In this document: positions 50,789 to 60,734 of the stretch, in pieces
Layout: each line of letters starts with the position of its first letter
Numbering within the stretch: the first letter of the stretch is position 1
Source: Epithemia pelagica
Lineage: Eukaryota > Protista > Bacillariophyta
DNA length: 64,000 nt
Reading direction: 5' to 3'
Assembly (NCBI GenBank): GCA_946965045.2
Contig: OX337239.1
Location: forward strand, 2,976,001 to 3,040,000
Made by a program: the position numbers and the translations under genes
The notes under the pieces: generated by a model
What the model was told of the DNA's origin: nothing
The model's database searches: none
What the model saw: the letters and a program-made list of their open reading frames with translations, nothing else

Positions 50789-51864
50789 ACAATTATATAA
50801 TTAAACCAAGACAAGAAATATTGATCATTAGAAAAATGAACGATATACAAGCAAGTAAACAGCAAGGGTTGGATTGTTCCCAAGCAGAACTTGAGAAATA
50901 CATCAAGCAAAAACCACAAAGAGCCAGTTTGACTATATTGTCAATAACAAGACACAGTGACGTTGCTCACGAGACATTGACCTTTTTCCAGCAATCCGAA
51001 TCTGGGAAAATGGAATTCTTCTTCGGGTTGTTGTCTTTGTGCTTTGGTAGTCCCACAGATCAGAAGATATTTCTGGAAGTTTGTTACGAGAAAGTCGATC
51101 CGTGGGAGTTCAGAAATGGGATTGACGGGAAACTGATTGACAGACTACCAAGTCTATATTCAATGGCTCTATCTAGAATTGGGGATAGAACAGAGGACAT
51201 GGCAAGTCATTGTTTCATTGGTCCACACACTGGGTTGTCAGTTAGAAGATGCAATGTTGAATGCTTGACTAAGACATGCCCGTGTGCCTTTCTGGTTGAA
51301 TGTGTGTTAAACCGGAGCAACAAGAAACCACGTCAGAAGTCAAAGAAGTCTGCATCTATTTTCGAAGAGCGTATATCGGTAATACGAACAAGGAAGGGTT
51401 TGGTGGATGATGTATACAACCCAATATTCAGGGATATTATACTGTTCTTTCCATATGCTTCAATATTTTTCACTGGTACACGGACCATGCTTCCATTCCA
51501 AAGTCATGGTCACACTATCAGGATAAGAAATTCTACACAGTTGTACCCTTGCCGATTTCGTGGTTACGATTGTGTCATTAGACAGGTCAACCAGCAACAG
51601 GTGGATATATCCGGGAAGTTCTAAAGTGTTGGTCACTGGATTGGTTATCCTTATCCCGAAATGTACCAACGATCGAGCATTGTTTCCAATTCAATTATGC
51701 AGAGAGTGGCATACCACTACTGGCACCAGATTATTACCCTATCAACGAAGTGGTTACTCCAGACCATTGTCAACAAACAGGTAGTTCACACAAACTACGA
51801 TGTCGATATCGCAAATTATTGCAAGAAAGCACAACAAACAAATGCCATTGTCGTCGTTATGTAA
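50785..51864 (+). pseudogene. Cys-cluster protein, weakly AWS/SET-like
   Basis: C..ECLTKTCPC...ECVLN followed by ISVIRTRKG. A single TAA at 51622 lies in an otherwise open frame. A nearby CHC could be post-SET. Weak. Confidence 0.3.
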
Positions 51865-52727
51865 TGGGAGCACTACATCGAAACATTGGGAGTAACTGTT
51901 TGAGATATGACCAACGATCCATGGGCGATGTTGTATTCCTTGTCACCATTCGTGACACTAGAGGTCGTCCAGAAGCACTTTCCATACTACGAATTTCTAC
52001 TTTATCATCTGAAAGTGGCTTACTTTCATTGATGCAAAAGGTTTCTACTAAATTAACGTCAAAGAAGGCATTTGTGAAGGGAAACTGTAGACGCGATAGA
52101 GGTGATTTTGGTGGAATGATGGTAATTGGACAAGCTTCTAAACAATCGACAAACGAATCCCGAATTTCGGACGCTGCCATGAAAGGGTATCCTGGTTTGT
52201 CAAGGATCTTACCCAAAATAAACAGTGGAATCCGCAATTTTGCAGAGAATACGTACCCCGGATTAATTTCCTGTATTAAACATATCGATGAAAACTCAGG
52301 AGTCCAACCTCCTGGTATGGTTGGAGGTTCCAATGGATCTACTTCAAGTGCCATGATCATGAGTGTTGATCTCATGAATGCTACTCATTATGATGTATCA
52401 GATGCATCTATGAGTTTCACAGTTTGGACAGAAACTTGTCCAGATTCTACAAAAGACTGGTACTTCGTCTTACCTAATATTCTTGTGAGAATGAAAGGAG
52501 ACAGCAGGACATATATGGGATTGTCTTTACTCTTATTTCATGGTCTAAGCATACTTTGGGATGGACGGGTTTTTTGGCATGGAACATCATACCACACTTT
52601 GAAACAAGGGGAACACACGGTTGGATGGTTTTGGGGAGCAAATTCCAGGACAATTAAGGCAGTTGTGAATGAAAACCGAAAAGAGCACGGCATTTCGGAG
52701 GAACAGCAATACTCATTGAATTGTTAA
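51750..52727 (+). CDS. TET/JBP-like 2OG-Fe(II) dioxygenase (copy 1)
   Basis: HxD in MNATHYDVSD, WYFVLPNI, and distal His in LFHGLSILWDGRVFWHGTS. Aligns end to end with 63311-64000. Confidence 0.7.
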   Translation: MVTPDHCQQTGSSHKLRCRYRKLLQESTTNKCHCRRYVMGALHRNIGSNCLRYDQRSMGDVVFLVTIRDTRGRPEALSILRISTLSSESGLLSLMQKVSTKLTSKKAFVKGNCRRDRGDFGGMMVIGQASKQSTNESRISDAAMKGYPGLSRILPKINSGIRNFAENTYPGLISCIKHIDENSGVQPPGMVGGSNGSTSSAMIMSVDLMNATHYDVSDASMSFTVWTETCPDSTKDWYFVLPNILVRMKGDSRTYMGLSLLLFHGLSILWDGRVFWHGTSYHTLKQGEHTVGWFWGANSRTIKAVVNENRKEHGISEEQQYSLNC

Positions 52728-53639
52728 CCTTCTCGAATGGTTAACTTACTTTGTCATAACATCAAAGCAGTATCGGAAGAATGGCATATAATTGTAATAC
52801 GCACCAAATGAGATTGTAAGAAGCCAAACCGACCATTCTTCGGCCTCGTCGATGTGATCAAATGGGTCCGTTGTCATTGTCTCGCAGAGGGGGACATATA
52901 AATCTGAATAAATAATCACGGGCGCCCCCTTTGTAACCTACGAAGGGCCTCGCCATGCCTCGCTACGCACCGCCTGGCATCGCCCGGCCCCTAGTTATGT
53001 GTTCGCTAGTGGGTACCGTGGTCGCTATTTGGCCCCTACGTGAGCGATTTGCCCCCAAAGGGCACCCCTAGTTTAGTCATCATAATTTCTGATAGTTTGA
53101 TTGTTGCAAGCCGTATATTGCGTCTGGCCGTCAGTTTTTATTCAGTTTATCAGACCCAAGTCTGTTGTTTCCCCACTGTTCGCCGGAAGGCAAGCGCCTG
53201 ATCAACGCTCGGGAGTTGTTCGCGCTAAGCGGCTTCGTCACTCGCTCGCTTGCGTCATCTCTGTGACTTGTTTTTGTCACTGTGGGACCCACTCGCTAAT
53301 TTGTGACTTGCGACTGCACAACGTACCGTGCACGTGCTCGTACACGTGGACTGTCCATCCACGCGCTTCGTACGACTCAACTATATAAGCCTGCTGGCTT
53401 TTGACACGTGCCTGCTTGCTCGCGAAATCGCCGGTTCGCCGACTCGCGGATTCGCCGATCGCTAGCTCGCTCGCTCGCGGAATCGCCGGACGACTACTCG
53501 CCGATTCACTCGCAGATTGTTGGCTCACAGAAATTCGCTCCTCTCATCACAATTGCAAATTTCTGCACAAGAACAAGCCTTCCCTTGCCATCCGTTTGAC
53601 CTTCTACTACCCTCCTACCCTTCATCCGACCCTTGAACC

Positions 53640-55718
53640 ATGGCCGCAAATGCCTTCCGTACTGCACTGGGCCGCTGTGGCTACAACAATGCTACCGTTG
53701 GGTACCTAACGCAACAGGGCTTCACAACAACGGATCAGTTCCTGGAGTTTCCCATCAACGAAGTAAAGCCCATGCTGAAGACATTAGCCAAGAACCTACC
53801 CGACGGTGTCACCCTACCCTACCAGTTCAACCTGAAGTTCCTTGGCTTCCGAATGTGGTTGGAATACCGTTCTGTCCGTGGTCAGGACCTTGATGCTGGT
53901 GCTTATACTGGTGACGTAATCACCAAGTGGATGAAACGCGTAACGGAACTCGCGAATGCCACCACCACTGATGGTCAGGATGACCCAGTACCACCCAAAA
54001 GGCTAACGAACCTTGCCGATTGGGAACGTCACGACGGAATGTGGCGCACGTACTTGGGTCAGCACCGTAATCCGACAACGGGAGTGCCGCTCACCTACGT
54101 ATTGCGTGAGGAGTCCGACGTACCGGACGACGCACTAACCGCCGATTACGACTGCATTGACGACGACCTAGTCGCGACCACTCGTCATGAGGGGGACCAG
54201 TACAAAGCCGACCGACGCAGAGTGTATGAGCTGTACTACCCTCTTATCTACGATGGTCCGGCATGGACGTTTGCTAAAACGCATGCAAAATCAAAGGACG
54301 GCCGTGAGGCCTACCTAACCGTCAAGCGGCAAGCCACTGGACAGGCCGCGAGCATCCTGCGCAAGAAACAAGCTTATGCGCAGATCGCAAATGCTAAGTT
54401 TACAGGACGAGGGAAGTACCGCTTCCATGACTACATCCACCGTCACCAACATGCGCACAACACCCTAGAAGAGCTTGGCGAAACGGTCGCGGAAACGAAA
54501 AAAGTGACCGATTTCATGAATGGGATCACCGATCCGACGCTCGTCCAAGCAAAGACCGTCGTCAACGGTGACCAGGAGAAGTTGGAGAACTTCGAAGCGT
54601 GCCAGCAATATTTCTTGACTGTGCACAGTGCCGCCAAAACCGAAACGCAGGACGACTCTCGAAAGATCGCCGCTGCTAGTACCACCCCAAGCAAAGGAAA
54701 GGGCAAAGGGCGCAATCAGAAAAAGAGCAAGAAAAAGAAGGACCGCGTTCATGCTGGTCACTACGATGCCGACGAATGGGCAGACCTGACGGAGGACGAA
54801 CGCAAACAAGTCCAGGCTCTTCGCAGAGAGCGCAAAGAAAAGCGGAAGCTTGGATCCGTCACCACAGACGACTCTTCCAACGCATCGTCGAAGAGATCGA
54901 AAACGTCGCATGGGAGTACTGCTGAGGACGCAATCTCAGTAGACATTGATGAAGACGACGCTAAGCCTGAGGCTAAGACCAACGTATCGGTCATTATGGA
55001 AGTAGACGAGAACTTGCTTGACTCCTCTGTTGACAACGTACCGTCGCCAGACAAGCACTCTAAGTTCCGCGCTTCCGCCTCACCTGCCAAATCATCCGAT
55101 GATGATTCGCAGCCGACAAAGTCCTCAGCTGGTAACAGCTTTGGACGTTTCGCGCATAAGGCTAAAGCACAACCGAACGAACCCGGATCTGCGTCCGTCA
55201 AATCCGTACGTACTCGCCCCATGGGGGAATATGAGACCTATCCACCTATGTGGCAATGGGAAGAGGACGGACGTCCTGATATGAGTCATATGACCATCCG
55301 GCCAGTCCCGGAACACGGTGACATCTTTGTGAAGCTGCCGCTACCGGTCAAAGGCAAGTATGCTGAAGGGACTCGCAACGTCCGCTCACTTACCAAGCAT
55401 GACCAAAGTATGCTGAAAGGAAGCTTCCGCGAAGAGATCGACACTATTGTACACAACAGTCCAATTTGGTCTTGGCGCTGGTCTAAAATGTCAGGCTATG
55501 AACGAGAAGAGCGCCAAATGTACCATGTGTGCAGACGCTTAGCCGAGCACACGGAAGTGTTCGACGAAGCTTTGAAATACACTATGCTTGCCAATGGACA
55601 ATTGGCTGCTGCAGAGCGAAGGCGTAATGTATGCGGTCGTTATTCCGCCGATCTTGAATTCGATGTCCGTGATCCGAATGTCTCTGACAAGTCTGCCGAC
55701 ATGTCTAATTCCTCCTGA
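53640..55718 (+). CDS. gag: copia gag (692 aa)
   Basis: Intact ORF after the PBS/leader. VPLTYVLRE, DGPAWTF and DGREAYL are homologous to the gag of element B. Confidence 0.85.
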   Translation: MAANAFRTALGRCGYNNATVGYLTQQGFTTTDQFLEFPINEVKPMLKTLAKNLPDGVTLPYQFNLKFLGFRMWLEYRSVRGQDLDAGAYTGDVITKWMKRVTELANATTTDGQDDPVPPKRLTNLADWERHDGMWRTYLGQHRNPTTGVPLTYVLREESDVPDDALTADYDCIDDDLVATTRHEGDQYKADRRRVYELYYPLIYDGPAWTFAKTHAKSKDGREAYLTVKRQATGQAASILRKKQAYAQIANAKFTGRGKYRFHDYIHRHQHAHNTLEELGETVAETKKVTDFMNGITDPTLVQAKTVVNGDQEKLENFEACQQYFLTVHSAAKTETQDDSRKIAAASTTPSKGKGKGRNQKKSKKKKDRVHAGHYDADEWADLTEDERKQVQALRRERKEKRKLGSVTTDDSSNASSKRSKTSHGSTAEDAISVDIDEDDAKPEAKTNVSVIMEVDENLLDSSVDNVPSPDKHSKFRASASPAKSSDDDSQPTKSSAGNSFGRFAHKAKAQPNEPGSASVKSVRTRPMGEYETYPPMWQWEEDGRPDMSHMTIRPVPEHGDIFVKLPLPVKGKYAEGTRNVRSLTKHDQSMLKGSFREEIDTIVHNSPIWSWRWSKMSGYEREERQMYHVCRRLAEHTEVFDEALKYTMLANGQLAAAERRRNVCGRYSADLEFDVRDPNVSDKSADMSNSS

Positions 55719-55724
55719 TGGAGT

Positions 55725-58700
55725 GTGCCCTGTGTATCCGCTGCCGAAGCAGTAAAAATTGATAAAACGAATCTTATTGTTCAATCAAATGCACATGTAG
55801 GCACCCATTATAATTATTCTAAAAGTTTCGCACATCGTCTATGTGCTATGAACACCGACGAATATGGTGTTGAGACCATTGAGCTCACCTGTGAGTTGGA
55901 CTCACATGCGGACACCTGTGCCGTGGGAAGAGACTTCGTAATGCTCTCCGAAGCCCACCGCTATATCAGTGTGCATCCGTTCGCGGAGGAATATAGCCCG
56001 CTGACCAATGTCCCTATTGCGACTGTTGCTACTGTCTGGACTGACAGCGAAAACCAGTCTTACTTGCTTGTTATCCACCAAGCATTGTTTTTAGGGGACC
56101 GTATGGGCAGTTCGTTACTCTGTCCGAACCAGATGCGTGCCCATGGCATCGTTGTCAACGACGTACCTAAACAGTTTGACCCGCACAGCACGCATAGTAT
56201 CCACGTACCGGATGCGGATCTCACCATCCCGCTCACCATGGCTGGTGTGATCAGTGGTTTCGCCACTCGCAAACCCACTTCTGACGAGCTGGAACACTTG
56301 CCACGAGTTGTGCTAACTGCCGATAGCCCATGGCAACCTCGTTCTACCGCCTTTGCGGACGCGGAGGAGAAACTGGGTGTAGCTGCCGCTACTGTCGTTC
56401 GCAATGGCGATCCGAATTCGATTGCCGCATCCTCCATTCCACGACTCATCAAAGCAGTGCGAACGTACCAGCATGCTTTTGCCAATCCATCACCCGATCT
56501 GGACGCCGACGCACAAGGCGACGACCTATACGAACGCTTAATAGCGACGGTCACTGTTCATCCAGGAAAAGAGGAAACTGATGTAGTCCCGGAGGATAAA
56601 CGTGAACGTCGGCTGTGCATGATCAAGACTGCTAACAAGTCTTCCCCAGCCGATCCTGCTGGAAAGGGAGTGCTTGATGCAGCCGTACTGTCACAACGTT
56701 GGGGCATTGGTTTACCCAAAGCGAAGAATACGCTTAAAGTGACGACGCAGGCTGGAGTACGAAACGTATTAATCCCATCTGAGCGTAAGGTCCGTAAGAA
56801 GGCACCGTGGCTCAAATTCCCTAATGTGAAAGGCCGTTGGTTCTCGGACGAGATGTTTGCCAAGGAAGTATCACTGAACGGGGACACGGGCGCCTCGATC
56901 TTTACAGATGGCAAAGGATTCGACCACGTTTATCCCTGGAAGTCAAAAAAGCAACATCCTGAAGGATTGATGTCTTTGATTCACAATGTAGGGATCCCCC
57001 AAACAATGGTATCTGATGGTGCCCGAGAATTGTTCCTAGGGAAGTCCCGTGAAATATGCAACGAGTACCGCATAAAGATGGAGAAAACGGTTCCTTATAT
57101 TCCATGGCAGAACGCCGCCGAAGCGAGCATTCGTGAACTAAAGAAGGGAGTTGTCAAGGTTATGAGGACGACCGGCGCACCACGACGTTTATGGAGCTAT
57201 GCTCTTAAATGGTGCTCACACGTACGGCAACTCACGGCATCCAATATCCCTGAATTAGATGGACGTACACCGTTCGAGCATGTAATTGGCTCAACGCCAG
57301 ACATCTCTCCATTAGCCATGTTCCAATTCTATCAGCCGGTGTATTATCGCATGCCCATGGCACAGTTTCCCTTCGAAAAAAGACTGATTGGCCGATGGTT
57401 GGGCTTAGCCGATGATTGCACCGATGATATGGCCTATGAAATCCTAACGCAAGAGGGCAATCATGTCACACAGAAAGATGTGTGGGCCATTCCGGAGGAC
57501 GACCTGAAGAATCCGACGATTCATCAGCAGTTGTTGGACTATGATGCCGCTATTCAAACGCAAATGAAAGAGCCGCCATCTGATGGCACAACTGGGAGCG
57601 ATCCACCCCCAGACCTCTTTGAAGAAGGTGAACTTTTAGAGCCCTTGTTCCCAGAGGCCGAAGCCCTGGAATCCGACGCGTACACGCCGGAGGAACTAGA
57701 CGAATATCTCACCGCTGAAGTCATGCTGCCGCGAGGAGGTGAAAGCGCTCGAGCGAAAATCATTGGACGCACGAAAGATTCTCATGGACGACCAATCGGT
57801 GAGCGTGACCCTAATCCAATCCTTGATACCCGGTACTACGATGTACAGTTTCCGGATGGATCGGTCGAGTCGTATGCAACGAATATGATCGCAGAGAATC
57901 TGTATTCGCAAGTTGACCCAGAGGGCAATGCGTTCAATACATTGAAAGCCATTGTGGGTCACCGCAGTGATGAGACCGCAGTTAAGCGAACAGACGCATC
58001 GTTCCTTGACGGCACATCACACCACACAACGAAAGGCTGGGAATTGCAATGTGAACTGTCCGATCAATCAACTGTTTGGCTGCCGCTCAAAGACGTCAAG
58101 AATGGAAATATGATTGAAGCCGCCGAATACGCAGTATCCACTGGCATCGCAAAAGAGCCTGCTTTCGCATGGTGGGTGCCACGTGCACTTCGCAAACGAG
58201 ATCGCATTATCAAAAAGGTAAAGTCACGTTATTGGAAGCGAACGCACAAGTATGGCATTGAGTTGCCCCACTCTGTGGAAGAAGCCCTGGCGATTGACCG
58301 CCGAACGGGGACTGACTTCTGGCGTAAGGCTATTGAGAAAGAAATGAAGAACGTTGGCATTGCTTTCGAATTTCCAGCTGATGGCGAAGTGCCTTCTGGA
58401 TACAAGCATATTCCCTGTCATATGGTTTTTGACATCAAATCAGACCTGCGACGAAAAGCACGGTTAGTGGCCGGAGGCCACAAAACTGATCCACCCAAAG
58501 AATCGACCTATTCTAGTGTGGTATCACGCGATAGCGTACGCATTGCTTTTACTATCGCTGCACTAAATGGTCTTGATGTTCTCGTCGGGGATGTGCAAAA
58601 CGCATATCTCAACGCACCGACTAAAGAGAAGACCTATACCACAGCGGGACTCGAATTTGGACCAGATAAGGTTGGACAACCTGCACTGATAGTGCGCGCA

Positions 58701-59279
58701 TTATATGGTCTCAAAAGTTCTGCCGCAAGGTGGCGTGATCACATCGCCGCCACGCTCCGCGATATGGGATTTAAGATGTGTCAAGCTGATCCGGATGTAT
58801 GGCTTCGAGCGAACACTCGACCATCTGATGGGTTCCAGTATTACGAGTATGTTTTGGTCTATATTGATGATCTGCTGATTGTTAGTCATGATCCCAAAAC
58901 CGTGATGCAGGACCTGCAGAGGCGCTATACGACCAAGCCCGACAGCATCAAACCGCCAGACGAATACTTGGGATCCGAAATACGGCGTTATACCATACCC
59001 GACACGCAAGATCCGTCGAACCGTGATCGTTGGGCCATGCCCGCTGACAAGTATTGTAAGCGTGCTCTTGCCGAAGTCGAAACGGAACTGGAGAAATCCG
59101 GAGAAAAGCTGAAGTCAAAAACACAACGCAATTGCTTATCATCGGACTCGTGAAGCGCAAGCTGCTGGACTTGTGCGCATTGCATGGGAAGAAGGTGAAA
59201 CGAATCTTGCCGATATCCTCACCAAACTGTTACCCGGACCTCGATTGCGATTCCTGGCCCAACGTATCATGTGGTAGCA
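55725..59279 (+). pseudogene. pol: copia pol (PR-IN-RT) with a deletion joining mid-RT to the end of RNase H
   Basis: ELDSHADTC, WFSDEMF, MVSDGARE, QNAAEASIRE, RKARLVAGGH, GDVQNAYL, VLVYIDDLL. Then a jump at ~59125 to HNAIAYHRTREAQAAG...NLADILTK in another frame. Confidence 0.9.
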
Positions 59280-60213
59280 CCCCTTTTAGATCCAAAATGG
59301 GATCGCCCCCTTTTGAAGAATAGTCCGACGTACTGGACCGGCCTCTGCTGACATGACGAACTAAACGAAGTTGCCCACCCCGATTTTGTTCGCGGGGACT
59401 GAATAAATAATCACGGGCGCCCCCTTTGTAACCTACGAAGGGCCTCGCCATGCCTCGCTACGCACCGCCTGGCATCGCCCGGCCCCTAGTTATGTGTTCG
59501 CTAGTGGGTACCGTGATCGCTATTTGGCCCCTACGTGAGCGATTTGCCCCCAAAGGGCACCCCTAGTTTAGTCATCATAATTTCTGATAGTTTGATTGTT
59601 GCAAGCCGTATATTGCGTCTGGCCGTCAGTTTTTATTCAAATCCTTCCACATCTGTTGTGTTGAACGCCAGACAAAATACTTATTGTCTGACATGAAACA
59701 CTTACATAAACTGACACATCTGCTATGTGAATCCGATGGACAAAGACAAGACTTGCAGATCATAGGGATACCACGACGAACCGACTCTGATCTCGTTTCG
59801 ATTATTCCACATGAACTGTCATACAGAGCAGCCTGGCAATAGCGTTCGTTCCCAAATCCAGAACATCCACTCAGGTGTACACCACACCCATAACAACTGT
59901 CACGGCATCTTGGATTTGATCCATATTTGTGAACACACTTTCGGGTAATCAACCAATTACTAGTCGGGTTATCTGTCAAAATACAGGATGGACAACGTCT
60001 AAGGGCAGCGTCATGCGCCCCCAAAACGCACACCCCATACGCGCCGTCGGCATGCGCCATTTTTCGTACCCGGTTTTTTTATACGGATTTACACCATTTT
60101 GACTAATCCCTTCCACCACCACGCACATACAACATCATACACATTCACGGCGACCCTAGCTTCCACGCACGCACACTCCCATCTTCCACGCACAGAGAAC
60201 TTACCTTCTAAGC

Positions 60214-60453
60214 TGAATAAAAACTGACGGCCAGGCGCAATATACGGCTTGCAACAATCAAACTATCAGAAATTATGGTAACTAAACTAGGGGTGCCCTT
60301 TGGGGGCAAATCACTCACGTAGGGGCCAAACAGCGATCACGGTACCCACTAGCGAACACGTAACTAGGGGCCGGGCGATGCCAGGCGATGCCTAGCGAGG
60401 CATGGCGAGGCCCTTCGTAGGTTACAAAGGGGGCGCCCGTGATTATTTATTCA
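60214..60453 (-). mobile_element. Solo LTR of the element E family, 4-bp TSD AAGC
   Basis: 240 bp, reverse complement of the E LTR with roughly 8-10 substitutions. AAGC at 60210-13 and 60454-57. Confidence 0.93.
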
Positions 60454-60600
60454 AAGCACACTGACCTTGCCCTCCACGTCCAAAACACTCTGAACACAAA
60501 GTACCAACCTCATCGGAACAAGGCATCTTTACACCCTCTCCACAGGTGCAATAACACAAGGGCAAACCCCCAATCTCTCCTATCCCATTCTCCAATGACA

Positions 60601-60732
60601 CCAGCGGAAGCCACTCACCTTTTGCATCCCATGCTCCGAAAGCACCAGCGGAAGCCACACACCATTAGCATCCCATGCTCCGAAAGCACTGGCAGAAGCC
60701 ACCCACCTTTTGCATCTCAGGCTCCGGAGCAA
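60601..60732. repeat. 3 x 44-bp tandem repeat
   Basis: CCAGCGGAAGCCAC..CC.TT.GCATCCCATGCTCCGAAAGCA at 60601 and 60645, with a diverged copy at 60689. Confidence 0.9.
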
Positions 60733-60734
60733 AG

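Larger units (their letters stand above)
52905..59639 (+). mobile_element. Ty1/copia element E (6735 bp), 240-bp LTRs, 4-bp TSD AATC, internal RT/RNase H deletion
   Basis: LTRs at 52905-53144 and 59400-59639 (TGAATAAA...TTTATTCA, one visible mismatch). PBS 53145-57. GGGGAC PPT-like tract before the 3' LTR. Confidence 0.95.
52746..60060 (-). pseudogene. Cys-rich 'NYMP' partner gene 1, split by a copia (join 60060-59640 with 52900-52746; 191 aa)
   Basis: Excising 52905-59639 plus one AATC copy gives a 576-nt open frame ending QQMWKDLYVPLCETMTTDPFDHIDEAEEWSVWLLTISFGAYYNYMPFFRYCFDVMTK*. Confidence 0.75.

Noticed and set aside
52885-52896. GAGGGGGAC before the 5' LTR as the PPT of another LTR element
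   Set aside because: It lies inside the restored coding frame of partner gene 1 (YVPLCE on the minus strand).
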